Below are positions 24,357-37,989 of a DNA stretch of 64,000 bases, one piece after another (the first letter of the stretch is position 1; every line of letters begins with the position of its first letter). The translations under genes were made by a program, and so were the position numbers. A model generated the notes under the pieces. That model made no database searches. It was not told the DNA's origin and saw only the letters and a program-made list of their open reading frames with translations. This DNA comes from Azolla caroliniana (taxonomy: Eukaryota; Plantae; Polypodiophyta): positions 21,886,001 through 21,950,000 of the forward strand of contig JBHGNT010000001.1 in NCBI GenBank assembly GCA_043228905.1, in the 5' to 3' direction.

Positions 24357-25600
24357 ATGAAAAAGGTAACAATGTTATTTCCGGGATTATCCTTAGAATA
24401 CAACATGTTACTTCCTACTATTGGAAACTCATTGGGTATGATGTTGGACGAGGAACTAACGCTAGCGGATAGGCTAAAGAAACACCTAGGCCCTCCCTCT
24501 ATCCGCCTCTTGGTGCATGACATCAACAAACTTCCTTCCAAGATCCTCATTCCGGGGAAAAACGGAATACGGATTGAACAACGCATAGAAGTGATCAGCG
24601 CACTGGGACAATGTTTTGCATGCAAAAAGCTTGGTCATTTAAAAAAGAACTTCCCCACGAGACACATTAAGGATCCCACCATGGAGACCTTGGAAGGTCG
24701 AGACACCATAGGAAATCAGAAATCTCCCCCATCACGCCCTGATAAGGTTGTGATGGAATGGCGAGTGGTGGGGAAATCCCATGTCCTACATAAAACTCCA
24801 CAGTCACAAAATCCTCCATTGCCAATGAGCCCCAATCATTTTGATCTACTACAAGAGCTCCCCCCCACAAATGAGCACTCCCCTAGTGCTTTCTTAAGCC
24901 CCAAGGAAAGACTCAAGGTGACTCCAAACACACAAGAGAAAATCCTTGTTAAAGCTTACAAAATATGGAAGCAGCGAAGGATAAGTCATGTTAAGACCCT
25001 AATGCGGAGCTTTAACGGAACTGCACCCAATGGAGAACCACGCCTTAGATCATAGCCTTCCCAGGAATAAATGAGGGTGATACATCTAGCGAGGACCTTG
25101 AACCACACCCGCAAAATGCCCTGAAATGGCTAGGTATAGGGCATATGACAATGGACAAAATAAGGGCACATGTATCAGCGGTACACAAGAATGGAATACC
25201 GACGACCTCAATTTCTTTTCCACTCTTGCTGTATAAATTCGGCACAAGAGGACTGGTCCAAGTCCAAGATCAAAGATACCCTATGCAGTCAAGCAACCTG
25301 TTTTGTCACAAAAATAAGAGATGAAGCCCTCATGAACGAACTAAAGAAGCATTGGAATAACACAGAATTCTGGTGCACCATGGATGACGAGGAACCTCAT
25401 CTCTGCCACATCCACCTGTGGATTATCATAGACACCTAGCTAATTTCAGGTTTCTTCTATTTCTATAAAAAGCAGGAAGGGACTATTGAATCTCACCGGA
25501 TAGCCCACAAACTCCACTCTTGGATTTGGACCAACATTCCATCCCTAGAAATGACTAGATGTCTAAATGGTGAGCGCCCCCCTCTCACGACCTATTGTGC
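24357..25600 (+). pseudogene. LINE ORF1 remnant with zinc knuckle
   Basis: QCFACKKLGHLKKNF (last Cys lost); continues in frameshifted pieces toward ORF2. Confidence 0.7.
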
Positions 25601-25639
25601 AAAGCACCGGGAACAACTAGCAATCTCCCACCCCATTCC

Positions 25640-28600
25640 ATGAGTATGAAGATTGTAACATGGAACGTGCAAGGGCTTAGAAGTCGACCAGACCAACAAA
25701 ACAGATGGATATTGAGAAGGGATCTTGAAGAATATTTATTAGGGAGTGTTGCTGACATCATCATGTTGCAGGAACACCACCTCGATAGCATGCCGTTACA
25801 GGAAGTCGGAGACCTTATACTAGGATCATGGCGAACAATTTGGGAGCTAGCAATAGGGGAGGATGACAATCATGGTGGTATTTGCACTTTGATTCGGGAA
25901 CATTGAGCCCAAGGCTGAATACACCAGGAATCACTTATACTTGGTAGGGCACATTTTTGCACGTTGGCCATCCAAGGGCAACGTTGGAATTTCATGAATG
26001 TTTATGCTCCAAATAGCAGAACAGAAAGGGCAACATTCTGGGACGGCATCCGCCTACAAGTAACGGGTGCGGAAGAGTGGTGCATTGGAGGGGATTTTAA
26101 TATGATCGAATCCATTCACGGTAGCTCCAACAACAACCCCATAGTTCTACAAGGAAGGGAACGTAAACAATGGGAGAAGCTATGTGTACACCTTAACTTG
26201 CGAGACATCTGACATTCTGACAACTTCCAACGAAAAAGGGATTCTCTCTTATTCTCCCGTTCAAACGAGCGGAATAATGGACCCACCCTATCTCGCATTG
26301 ACCGCATTTATGTGGGTGAGGCTCTAGAAATGAAGGGAGGGTGGTGCTGCATAACTCCAGGCACGACTTTCTCTGACCATTACCCGGTAGTTGGTCATTT
26401 TCAATTGCACCAGAAATGGGGCCCATTCCAAACTCGCATCCCACACACTATTTACACATTTATAGAGGTAAAAGAACAACTCTCCAACCAATGGTCATTA
26501 CCCGTCAATGACTTATCAGCATTTGACAAACTTCTAGCTAAATTAATAAGAGCTTCAACTCTCCTACATGAGATTGTCAAGACCAAAAGCAAGGATGCTC
26601 AGGAGAAGCGATAGAGGGCAAAACAGGGACTAATAGCCTTACAACGACTCCAACAGAGATACCCGTCATGTAGTTGGATCACAAGACAAGTCGCCATGGC
26701 CAAACATGAACTCAACATGGTGGAAAAGGAAATATATGACATGGAGTTTCATGGAAGCATGGCGCGATGGATTCGAGTAGGGGACAAAACCACGAAGGAA
26801 TTCTTCCGCTCCAAAGGCCTGAGGCACGCTAGAACAATGATGCGTAGCCTCAATCGAGAGGATGGAACGACCACTGAGGATGGCGACGAAATGAGGAATA
26901 TTGCCACAAGTTACTATAACAGCCTACTTACTGAAGATACTATGGCTACAGGGGAAGATATTATCCTCCAAAGCATACCCGAGAAAGTCACGCCGGAAAT
27001 GAATACACGGCTTGTGTGTACCCTATCAATCATCAAGATATGGGAGGCCCTCTCGGATTTGGATGCCAATAGTTGCCCCAGAATCGACGGCCTCACCCCA
27101 CACTTTTTCACATGCCTTTGGGACACTATTAAAGAAGACCTCCTCTAGGCATATGAGGAGATCATCACCTCTGGAAGCATGCCAGAGGAATTTGGCTAGG
27201 GGATGATACATCTCATTCCTAAAAGTGGCGGGAGTGCCAACAACATTAGCAAGTGGCGGCCCATAACTCTTCTCAATACTGTCTATAAATTGCTCACAAA
27301 AATCGTGGCGCGTTGTTTAACACCACTTCTCCCTCAACTCATTCATCCGTCCCACATAGGGTTCATTAGAAATCGAAGCATCCTAGACAACCTCTTCTCA
27401 TTTTGGGAAGCAGTAGCCCTTGTCAAGCGTACCAACAACAAGGTAGCGGTGGTGCTACTAGATTTTGAGAAAGTATATGACAGGGTATGCTGGAACTTTC
27501 TAGAAAGTGTGATGGGGAAACTCGGCTTTCAAGAGACATGGATCAAAGGCATTGCAGAACTTTATATGAACAGCAACACTTGCGTCTCACTAGCAAGTGA
27601 AAGGGGCCCCTTTTTCTGAATATCCTGATTTGTACGACAAGGATGCCCACTAACTCCATCCTTATTTCTATTATACACCGAAACACTCTCTTTCTTTCTC
27701 AACTCGCGACATCTCAACCTACGCGGTCTTCCCGTACCTCATTCTCACCAAAGCATCTTGGATATAGAATTTGCAGATGACACAACGGTCTACTTGCAAG
27801 GGGACTTGGAAAACCTCCAAAAGCTAGAAAATGGGTTAGCCGTATTTTGCAAGAGATCCAATGCCATGATCAATTGACACAAATCCTGCGCAATATGGCT
27901 TTCTCATGAAACACATCCGGCATGGCACCCACATCCTACTTTCAAATGGATCAATCAAGGAGCGAGCACCAAATATTTGGGCTTCCAAATTGGTTTCAAC
28001 ATACCACCGGAGACTATGATTGCACTCGTTATCCATTCTATCCGACAAAAGCTGATACATTGGAGTTGGAAAAACTATCGCTAGCGGGTCACATCATAGT
28101 GGCAAATCAGGTACTACTCGCAACATCATGCTACAATCTCCAAGGGAAGTATACATCAGATTCAATGACTGGTCCGCAACTACATTTGGTCTAATATGGA
28201 AGACCATGTAACTCGCGCCAAGGTGGCATGGCCTATACTCACAATGCCTAAGTCGAGAGGGGGATTGGGTCTTATTGATCCCCTTTCACAATCAAAAGCC
28301 TTACTTGCCAAATTTGGGGTGCAAGGACTCCAACCCGGAAATGACTGTTGGAAAATGCTACTGTGGTTACGTTTCACTTACTTTAGGCCAAGAAAAGGGG
28401 TCAATTGGGCCCCCCAAACGGGATGGATTCTAAACATGGATCTCAAACCTAGTTTCTCCTGCCAATTGGAGGATAGATTTAATGCATCCATGTGGAAGGC
28501 ATGGTGTGACATTAGACGAGGGCTCAAGTGCGATCAACCGAGTTCCGAACCTGCCTGGCTCAGTCAATGTATCCTATGGAACCCATGTATTAAGGATGAA

Positions 28601-29860
28601 TCTAATCAACTACTGGGATCACGTAAGGGGTTGTCATGGGGATACATCGCAGGTCCAGGAAAAAGTATAGAATGTTGGCGACGGTTTATGTCACTGTCAC
28701 TACAAGATCAAGCCAACATACTCCATGGAATCAGGGGTGGATGGACAATGAGATCGGAAATCATTAACGCTCTATTGATTAGGGAAATTGCTACTCAAAG
28801 GACCACAATGGAGAAATGGATATGCCACGAGGAGGAGGGATCTTTGATCTCGAGAGGTAGGGGAACACCAGACAGGATCGAAGGCTCTAAATTGCGAGAC
28901 ACTGAGACACCAAAACAAAATAACGCAATTCGAGTACTCGCATATACTGGTCATAAATGGATTGTAGATCCTGATCCGATCAAAGTACAACCTGATTGGC
29001 ACATATGTACTCATGAAAACACATGGCTACATAAGGTCAGTTGGGACCCTTTGCAATGGACATGGCGGGATCCTTACGTGGGGCAAGAATGCAAACCCGT
29101 CCCTTTCTTCCAATTCACAACGAGATTGGGTCGCCACATTCTAGCTGCTCAAACCGCCCGAGACCTAACTACTGTGAAGGTCTGGCACACATTTCAAGTT
29201 CCTTCCACAATTATCACCACGTGTTGGCAAAAAAATTGGAAACAACACGCGAGGCGAATTACCACGTTCCAATGGCTATTAATACATAAGTCCCTACTGG
29301 TGGGAGCATGGCAACATGGCAACCTTGGCTCTCCTAATTGTGTAGAGTGCCCAAATGTAGTAGAATCAATACGACACGCTCTGTGGGACTGCCCAACGTC
29401 CCATCGAATATGGCGGGGGGTTGGCCGCTTGTTGCAATTATGCTAGGTGCAAGGCTCCATCAAGTGGAGAAATATATGTTGGCTATCATGGCAGACCCCA
29501 ATTGGCAGATACGAGCATCAGGAGGAGGGGATGACTTTGGTGATAAAAGCACAAGTGGTTTTTTTCTCCACCAGCGGCAATGTCCACTCAACTCCTCTTA
29601 ATGACAAATCTCAAGTTGTATTCGAATTGGTCAGCCCAATAACTCTTTGGATTCTATGGAAACAACGATGTAGACGGGTCTTCTCCAACCAAACTGCGCA
29701 TCCAACAAGGTTACTACAAGAGATATGGAGTGAAATTGTAGCCACTCTAAAGAGCCAATATGATGGCCTCATCCAACAATGGTTGTCCTCTCCCTTTCTT
29801 GAGTCAGTGGGCATCCACATAAGATGGAACTATCCCGTCCCTACAGGGATTTGTACATAA
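25640..29860 (+). pseudogene. LINE ORF2 (APE endonuclease, RT, C-terminal zinc finger), many stops and frameshifts
   Basis: KIVTWNVQGL, NVYAPN, GGDFN, SDHYP, WRPITLLN, LDFEKVYD, RQGCPL, FADD, CVEC...ESIRHALWDC. Confidence 0.93.
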
Positions 29861-31189
29861 TCGTCTCATTTGTAAAATTTTATAACTAATGGAAGGAGTT
29901 CATTTTGGGAAAAAAAAAACATAGAAAGATGTAACCTCTTGTCTTGTTTTATAGGCCATTTTCGACTCTTAAAAGACAATATATCTTTCTTTCTTTATTC
30001 TCTCTCAATAATAATTCTAGTCGCATGGAATAAACATAAATGCATTACCTGCGCTCCAATATAGTCTGGGTTGTCCCAATCAAAAAATGACCAAAGTGGA
30101 AAAGAATAGAGTGTCCCAAACTGATATTATCAGCACCACAACATCTCGTAGTAGGAAGATGTGCCTACTATAAGACACTTTTTACACACATTGGAGGATG
30201 GATTGATTATTAGGATCTCTTATATGGATGTATATCTATTCTATGCGTTGTGCAATGTGATAGGGTAGTTGTCAACTTCATCCAATCAATTAGAGATTTG
30301 AGGTAGGCAGACATAGGCTATACCTCTAGAAAAAAGACTTTGGCGATTGTGTGATGAGGGAGTAGAATCTAAAGGAAACTGTATCATTGTATTGTTGTTT
30401 ATAAATTAAAAAAGAGATACCATTTCCTCTTGGTAATATATGTTTCTTTCTTTCTTTCTTTCTCTTATCTACAACTGGTTTGTGTTCTCGTAAAATATAT
30501 TGTGACATAGGTGTAACCATAAGTTTAATGGAGTTAAATTAGGCTAGAGATATAGTCATTAGCTCGCCACAGTTTGATACTTGTAGTTTGGATGTTGGAC
30601 ATAGCTCGCCGTATCGGTGCATAAAGAGGTCAAGGAGCTTCAAGAAGCTCACGAGTCGTGGGAGTCCTTCGAGGGAGCTCTAATGGAGGCATACAGATAT
30701 GCGAAACCAAAGTGGGTATGCCGGCAATATGATGGGGAGCGGTCGGCAACGACTTGGCCCGCGAGCGACGGAAAAGAGAGGGCAGTGGGCGGCTACACAC
30801 CACCGCCGGAAAAGAGCTTGATGTGTGATCAAACGGAGGAGTACGACTTCGAGGCGTTGGTATGGGAGGCATGCGAGAGCGTGAAGGTGAAGTTCGAAGC
30901 CGAGGAAGGGCTTATTACGGAGTTGGGCCCAAGCGGATCAAAGGATGTGGAGGAAGAAGCCTCCCTACGTGTGGAGGACGGGGCCTATGCGGAGGCCGAA
31001 AGAGCGTGCAACAGAGACATGGGAGAGGGTGTGGAGTGAGCGACCCTCTCATCTTGTGGCAAATGGACAACCATGGATGCGGCCAATGACTATGGAGCGG
31101 GAAGCGCCACTTCGAGAGTGGGCAGAGGATTCGGGGCACGGTGGCCCAAAACATCAAGCGGGAAGGCGGGTGGCCGAAACGACGACGAA

Positions 31190-31850
31190 GGGGAGGCAGC
31201 AAGCGTAATGGAGGCTTGCGCGATCGGAGTCGGGGTAGCCGCGGACAACGACGTCCGGACGGAGGCGACTACGGACACAACGAGCGGTGGTGCTGGGTCC
31301 TTACCCACACCAATCCTAGAGGCTCCGGCGGCCGGCCCGAGTGCCGGCATGAGACCTAGAGCGACAGGCGGTGGCGGCGGCAAGGCGGGCAACCACGACG
31401 GCGAGAACGACGAGGAAGAGGTGTCGGCAAGCGTAAACGGACACGGGGTAGCCACGGACGACGATGACCGAATGGAGGTGGCTACGAACGAAACGAGTGG
31501 CGGTGCCGATTCCTTACCCACACCGGTCCTAGAGGCTCCGGCGGTCGGTCCGAGTGCCGGCGTGAGGCCTAGAGTGACGGGCGGTAGCGACGGCAAGGCG
31601 GGCAACCGAGACGACGACGTGGAAGAGACGGCGGCAAGCGTAATTGAGGCTTGCGCGATCGGAGGCGGCGTAGCCGCGGACAACGACGTCTGGACGGAGG
31701 TGGATACGGACATAACGAGCAGTGGTGCCGGGTCCTTACCCACACCAATCCTAGAGGCTCCGGCGGTCGGCCTGGGTACCGGTGTGAGACCTAGAGCGAC
31801 GGAAGGTGGCGTCGGCAAAGCGGGTGACCGAAATGACGACGAGGAAGATG
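31190..31850 (+). repeat. Three tandem units of 213-222 bp (GAGSLPTPILEAPA motif)
   Basis: Anchor tccttacccacacc at 31298, 31511 and 31733. Confidence 0.9.
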
Positions 31851-32753
31851 GGAGGGGCCGGAGGCATGACCCCTCGACACTAGGGCCGGAGACTACGGCG
31901 GTTGTGCTCGAATGCCAACATAAGACCAGAGAGAAGGATGGTGGCCGTGAGGAGGCATGGCCTGGAGCGAACACGTGCGAAGATGAGGATGCGAGGCCCG
32001 GAACGGGCATACACAAGAGGACCGACGGAGAGGTCGGGAGCGGCAAGGAGGAGAGAGCCGGGAACTGACCCGACCGGAAGATGAACCGGTCGATAATCCG
32101 ACACGACCGGAAGATGAGGCGGAAGAAGATTGGAGTGGGGTCCGGTCAACCGGCCCCGAACCGAAGAAGAGCCAGCAAGGCCGGATTTGTGCGGACAAAC
32201 ATGTACCGGCCGGTTACGATTAGGAAAGGCAACCGACCAAACCGGAACTCGATCGGCCGAGACCGATCCGGGCGAAGGCTATGTCGGCATGATTGGAGGC
32301 CGAGGCGTACGAGCCACAACACGCGGTGGGAGCCGGTGAGCACGAGAAGGTGTCAAGATTCAAACTCTTGACATGACCATGTTATAATCTACTATTATGA
32401 GTTAACCAAGATATCTAGTACTAGTTATGTATGTAATTGGTCCTTATTATTTTGCTAGCATCATGTGCATAGTTGCTCCCTTGTAGTATTTACACTTGGC
32501 ACATGCATGCATACCTACATGCTCTATTGTAGATTCACATGCGTGCAACAAGTATGCATGCCATGTAGTATAAATAGAGGAGTTCACCTTGAAGGAATTC
32601 AAGGTGAACAACACCAGTTATGGAGTCTTTCCTTTAGTACTATCTTCTTTCTTGTCCATTTGGTTATCTTCTTGGTTGTCTCTTGAGTTTATGATCCGTG
32701 ACAGTTTGTTCACCTTCCCATCCTCATAGCTCTCCCTCTCATAAGCCATAGCT

Positions 32754-33780
32754 ATGTCCGACTCAACTAGTGAGTTAGGCCAAATAATGGTAGCCTTACG
32801 ACAACTACAGCTTGAAAATGAAGCTCTTCGAAATTCTTTACAAGAACTTCAAGTCGGTACCTCCCTATCCTCACAACCCCCGAACCCTAGTCTCCCACAA
32901 CAACCTAGCCTAGAGCCCGATCTTCTACCAACATCTAGCCTAACTTCGTCACAGTTTCTTGAGCCTAAGGTTAGCCTCGCAGAAAAATTTGATGGAACGA
33001 GGTCGCGTTTCCGAGGGTTCATCAACCAAGTTCGACTTATCATTCGGCTACAACCTCAACGTTATGGAGATGGTCTTCGACAAGTCGGCCTTGTGGGCAC
33101 CCTTCTCTCCGGTCCGGCCCAAGCTTGGTTTGCACCATTGGTAGAAACCTCATCACCTTTATTGGAGGACTTTCCCGCCTTCCTCGCCGAGTTAGAGGCC
33201 ACATTTGGAGAGATGGACCGACGACGTACAACTCTTAACAAGATTTATGCACTCGAACAAGGTTCACGTGCAGCTTCGGTCTATGCTTCCGAATTTCGAC
33301 AACTAGCATGCGACGTCAATTGGGATGATCAAGCTTTAGCTGATCACTTTCGGCGCGGTCTTCAAAGCAATGTCAAGAATCTTCTCTTAAACTTTCCGGA
33401 GCCCACCTCGTTATCCCAAGCGATTTCACAAGTAGTCCATTGTGACAATCGTCTTTTCGAATTTCGCCAAGAAGAGCGCCGGACTTGGGTTCCACCTCAT
33501 TCACTTCCATGCCACGCCCCGGTCATACAACCCCAAGCATCCTCACACGCCTACTTCGACAGATGCTCCTGTCCCCATGGAAATTGATCATGCCCGATTT
33601 CGTCCATTGACCGATGCTGAACGAAAATTTCGGCGGGCTAATGGCTTGTGCATGTATTGTGGTGCCTCCGGACATGTCGTTCGCCATTGTCCTAGGAGTA
33701 CTCGCCCACAATTCCATTGAGCTAACGGACCCCAACATCCGGAAAACGACATCGTTCGATTGCAGTAGGAGCCATGCAAT
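32754..33780 (+). pseudogene. Chromovirus gag (frameshift and stop)
   Basis: EKFDGTRSRFRGF, LLSGPAQAW, YASEFRQLA, PMEID, CMYCGASGHVVRHC. Confidence 0.9.
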
Positions 33781-36700
33781 TGGACATCTCCCGTCGCCCA
33801 CATTCTCTTGGTTCCATTGCCAGACCATCAGGCCATTTCACATTGGAGGTATGGCTTTCGTTTAACTCTAGTTCCATTAAGTCTGTTGCTTTACTTGATT
33901 TTGGGGCATCTTCTTGCTTCATCGACGTCGCGTTTGCCCAAGCACATGGCGTACCTGTCGTTGGCCTCTCAAAACCCATTCTAGTTGAAGCCATCGACAG
34001 GTGCGTCCTCTCGTCAGGTGCAATTACTCAAGCTACAATCCCATTAGGGCTTCGGGTGGGCTCACACAAAGAGGAGCTCACCTTTTACCTCATCGCATCT
34101 CCTCGACATCCGATCGTCTTAGGACTAACGTGGTTGGAGGCGCACAATCCAATAGTGGATTGGTGCAACCGCTCGATCACATTTAGCAAGCCAAGATGCT
34201 CGTGCAAAAGTATGAAGGTAAATTCAGTTTCCTATCCTTCGGAGACGGTCGACTCCGAATTGACTACCCCATCATCCGTCCAGGATGGGTTTGTTTGTGG
34301 CGCCATTTCTAACACACTCCATGTTATTCCCGAAAAATACCAACACTTCTCCGACGTATTTGAAAAATGTAATGCTGATCGGTTGCCTGAACACCGGCTC
34401 TACGACTGTCCGATTGATCTTCAAGAAGGTGCGTGTCCACCCTTTGGTCCTCTATATGCGTTGTCTACACCAGAGTTGAAGGCCCTTCGTGTGTATCTCG
34501 ATGAGAACCTCGAGAAAGGCTTTATTCAACCTTCTAAGTCACCAGCCGGGGCCCCCATTTTATTTGTGAAGAAGAAGGACGGCTCTCTACGCTTATGCGT
34601 CGACTACCGAGGTCTCAACAAACTCACTATACGCAACCGCTATCCACTACCTCTGATCCCCGAACTCCTTGATCGGCTCCGAGTTGCGGCTGGGGGATGA
34701 ATGGAAAACCGCATTTCGAACACGGTATGGGCATTTCGAATACAAGGTAATGCCTTTTGGTCTTACTAACGCTCCCGCAGTTTTTCAACATATGATGAAC
34801 GATATTTTCCGGGAATATCTTGATCTTTTTGTTGTCATTTACCTCGATGATATTCTCATTTTCTCGCCAAACATGGAGGAGCACACTCACCAAGCCCGAT
34901 TAGTTCTTGCCAAACTTCGCGAGCATGGCCTTTATGCCAAAGGCGAGAAATGCGAGTTCGACCGTACCTCGATCGAATTTCTGGGCTACACGCCCACTGG
35001 CATCACCATGGATATGAAGAAGTTCTCTGTCATTCAGGCGTGGGCGACTCCAAGGCGACTTAAAGATGTGCAATCCTTCCTCGGCTTCGCGAATTTTTAC
35101 CGTCGCTTCATCAAGGGGTTTTCCACCTTAGCACAACCTCTTATCGCTCTCACCCATAAAGGCACTCCATTTTTATGGACCTCAGAGGCACAAAATGCGT
35201 TCAACTCACTCAAACATGCATTCATCACTGGCCTGGTGCTCCTACATGCCGACCCCACAAAACCCTTCCAAGTCGAAACCGATGCCTCTGACTTTGCCAT
35301 TGGCGCCATCTTATCCCAAGCAGACGACAACAACCTAATGCACCCAGTGGCTTACTATTCCCGAAAATTTACGGCATCCGAAATCAATTATCCCATTTAC
35401 GACAAGGAGCTTGCTGCTATCATTGCTGCCTTTGAAGAATGGCGACCCTACTTGGCCGGCGCACAACATCGTGTCCAGGTAGTGACTGATCATAAAAATT
35501 TAGTTTATTTTTCCACCACTCGTACTTTGAATCGAAGGCAGGCCCGTTGGTCGACATTTCTCGCCGACTACGATTTTGAGATCGTATTTCGACCTGGTGG
35601 CCAACATGGGAAGGCTGATGCCCTTTCTCGCCGAGCCGACCTTGCACTCTGCCCTGGGGATGCTGCTTATGCTCAACAATCTAGACGTTTGTTGAAACCC
35701 GACCAATTGCATCTGTTTGCCACTTGTATGTTGCAAGATGATTCTTTACTCCAACAAATCACTGATGCATCCAAGACCAATGCGTTCGCCAACGAGATTC
35801 GAGATAGTTTGCAAAACCCCTCCAAGGCGACCAAAAGGAAGGATCTTGACACCTTCACCATACAAGAGGGTTTGTTGTTCCGAGATCATCTCTTATACGT
35901 CCCAGAGGGCCCATGTCGCACCCGGGTATTGCGGGAATGCCACGATGACCCACTTGCAGGTCATTTCGGGGTCGCGAAAACCCTCGAGCTCATCTCTCGG
36001 GGGTATTGGTGGCCACAACCATGGAAGCTGGTCAAAGAATACATAAAGAGTTGTGAGGTTTGTGCTCGCTCCAAAGCCATTCATCATCGGCCATACGGCT
36101 TACTACAGCCGCTTCCATGTCCTCATCGTCCTTGAGCCTCTATCTCTATGGACCTGATAACTGATCTACCCTTGGTCAATAGCTATGACTCGGTGTTGGT
36201 TGTTGTCGATCGGTTTACGAAGATGGCTCACTTCACTCCATGCTCCAAAACCATTTCCGGAGAAGGAATGGTGCATCTCCTACTCAACAATGTAGTACGC
36301 TTGCATGGACTCCCCGATGATGTCATCTCGGATCGCGGACCCCAGTTTGTCTCTCACTTCTGGCAGCGCCTGCTACAAACTTTAGGCATCTCTGTCAAGT
36401 TGTCCTCAGCTTATCAGCCCCAAACTGACAGGCAAACGGAGCGTGTCAACCAAATCCTTGAGCAGTATCTTCGGTGCTCGGTTAGTTACCAACAAGATGA
36501 TTGGGTCAACTTACTTTCGCTCGCGGAATTCGCCTACAATAATTCTCTCCATGCATCGACTGGCGTCACTCCCTTCTTTGCCAACTACGGTTTACATCCT
36601 CGCTTCAACATTTCCCTTCCTACCACTTCCGTGAACCCTTCGGCGGAGGATCGTGCCCGCATTTTGGAAGAAGTACATCATGATTTATCCTTGGAGCTTA

Positions 36701-37263
36701 GTCTTGCTAGTGAACGATACAAGAAGTAGGCTGATCGCCGTCGATCTTCCACTCCACACTTTGTCGTTGGAGACATGGTCTGGTTGTTACGTCGACACAT
36801 CTCTACTACTCGTCCATGTGTGAAACTTGATTACAAGAAGTTGGGACCATTCCGTATCATCGAGTGCATCAATCCCGTCGCCTTCCAGCTCGCCCTTCCA
36901 TCCCACTTCCGGATTCACGATGTTTTTCATGTCTCCCTCCTCGAACCCCATTATGCTTCACAACTCCCAGGACGTCAAGCCCCACCACCACCACCTGTGC
37001 AATTGACGACAGGGGAGGAATACGAGGTCGACCAAATCCTTGACTCGCGTTGGCACCGTCGACACTTGCAATACCTCGTCCTATGGAGGGGTTACCCCAT
37101 GTCTGAGGCCACATGGGAACCATCGAAAAATTTACAAAATGCCCCAGAGGTCGTCCAAGATTTTCATCACCGATATCCCCACAAACCAGCGGCCGATTTG
37201 GGAAGGCGACGTAAGAGGGGGGATAATGTCAAGATTCGAACTCTTGACATGACCATGTTATAA
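33741..37263 (+). pseudogene. Chromovirus pol (PR-RT-RH-INT-chromodomain), defective
   Basis: [51 protein letters not shown]...YLVLWRGYP...TWEP; deletion near 34688, stops at 36133 and 36727. Confidence 0.93.
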
Positions 37264-37989
37264 TCTACTATTATGAGTTAACCAAGATATCTAGTACTAG
37301 TTATGTATGTAATTGGTCCTTATTATTTTGCTAGCATCATGTGCATAGTTGCTCCCTTGAAGTATTTACACTTGGCACATGCATGCATACCTACATGCTC
37401 TATTGTAGATTCACATGCGTGCAACAAGTATGCATGCCATGTAGTATAAATAGAGGAGTTCACCTTGAAGGAATTCAAGGTGAACAACACCAGTTATGGA
37501 GTCTTTCCTTTAGTACTATCTTCTTTCTTGTCCATTTGGTTATCTTCTTGGTTGTCTCTTGAGTTTATGATCCGTGACAGAAGGAGGCTAACCGGGCACG
37601 GTGATTACGGCTTGGCGGAAGACCGAGAGCAAGGGAAACCCTCCACACCTATTCTTGAGACTTCGGCGGTTGCGGATCAACATAAGACCGAAGAGACGGC
37701 AGGTGGCGGCAAGGAGTTAGAGGCCGATGCGGAGTTGGAGACCGGTGTAGATATCCGGTATGAAATAATGGACGAGCGGGGCCAAGACGGCAAGCCCAAG
37801 TCGGAATGGGCTACGGCAACGAAGGACGAAGAGACCAACGCGGAGGTCGGGTCTACGGTGGATGAGGCGCGTAATACGAAGTATGCACTACGGCGTAAAA
37901 CGGAGCATGCACTATGGACGACAAAGGGCCAAGAAGCAAGCATGCACCCGGAAGAGCGGCAACGAGTGACCGGCAACGGCGGACAGGTC

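Larger units (their letters stand above)
23871..29917 (+). mobile_element. L1-like LINE, degenerate
   Basis: 16-bp TSD aacatagaaagatgta (23855-23870 and 29918-29933), short poly(A) from 29910, ORF1 and ORF2 remnants. Confidence 0.93.
32351..37579 (+). mobile_element. Full-length Tcn1-like chromovirus (Ty3/Gypsy)
   Basis: 353-bp LTRs 32351-32703 and 37227-37579 (2 mismatches seen), TSD GAAGG, PPT aagaggggggataa, no TGG-type PBS, chromodomain. Confidence 0.96.
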
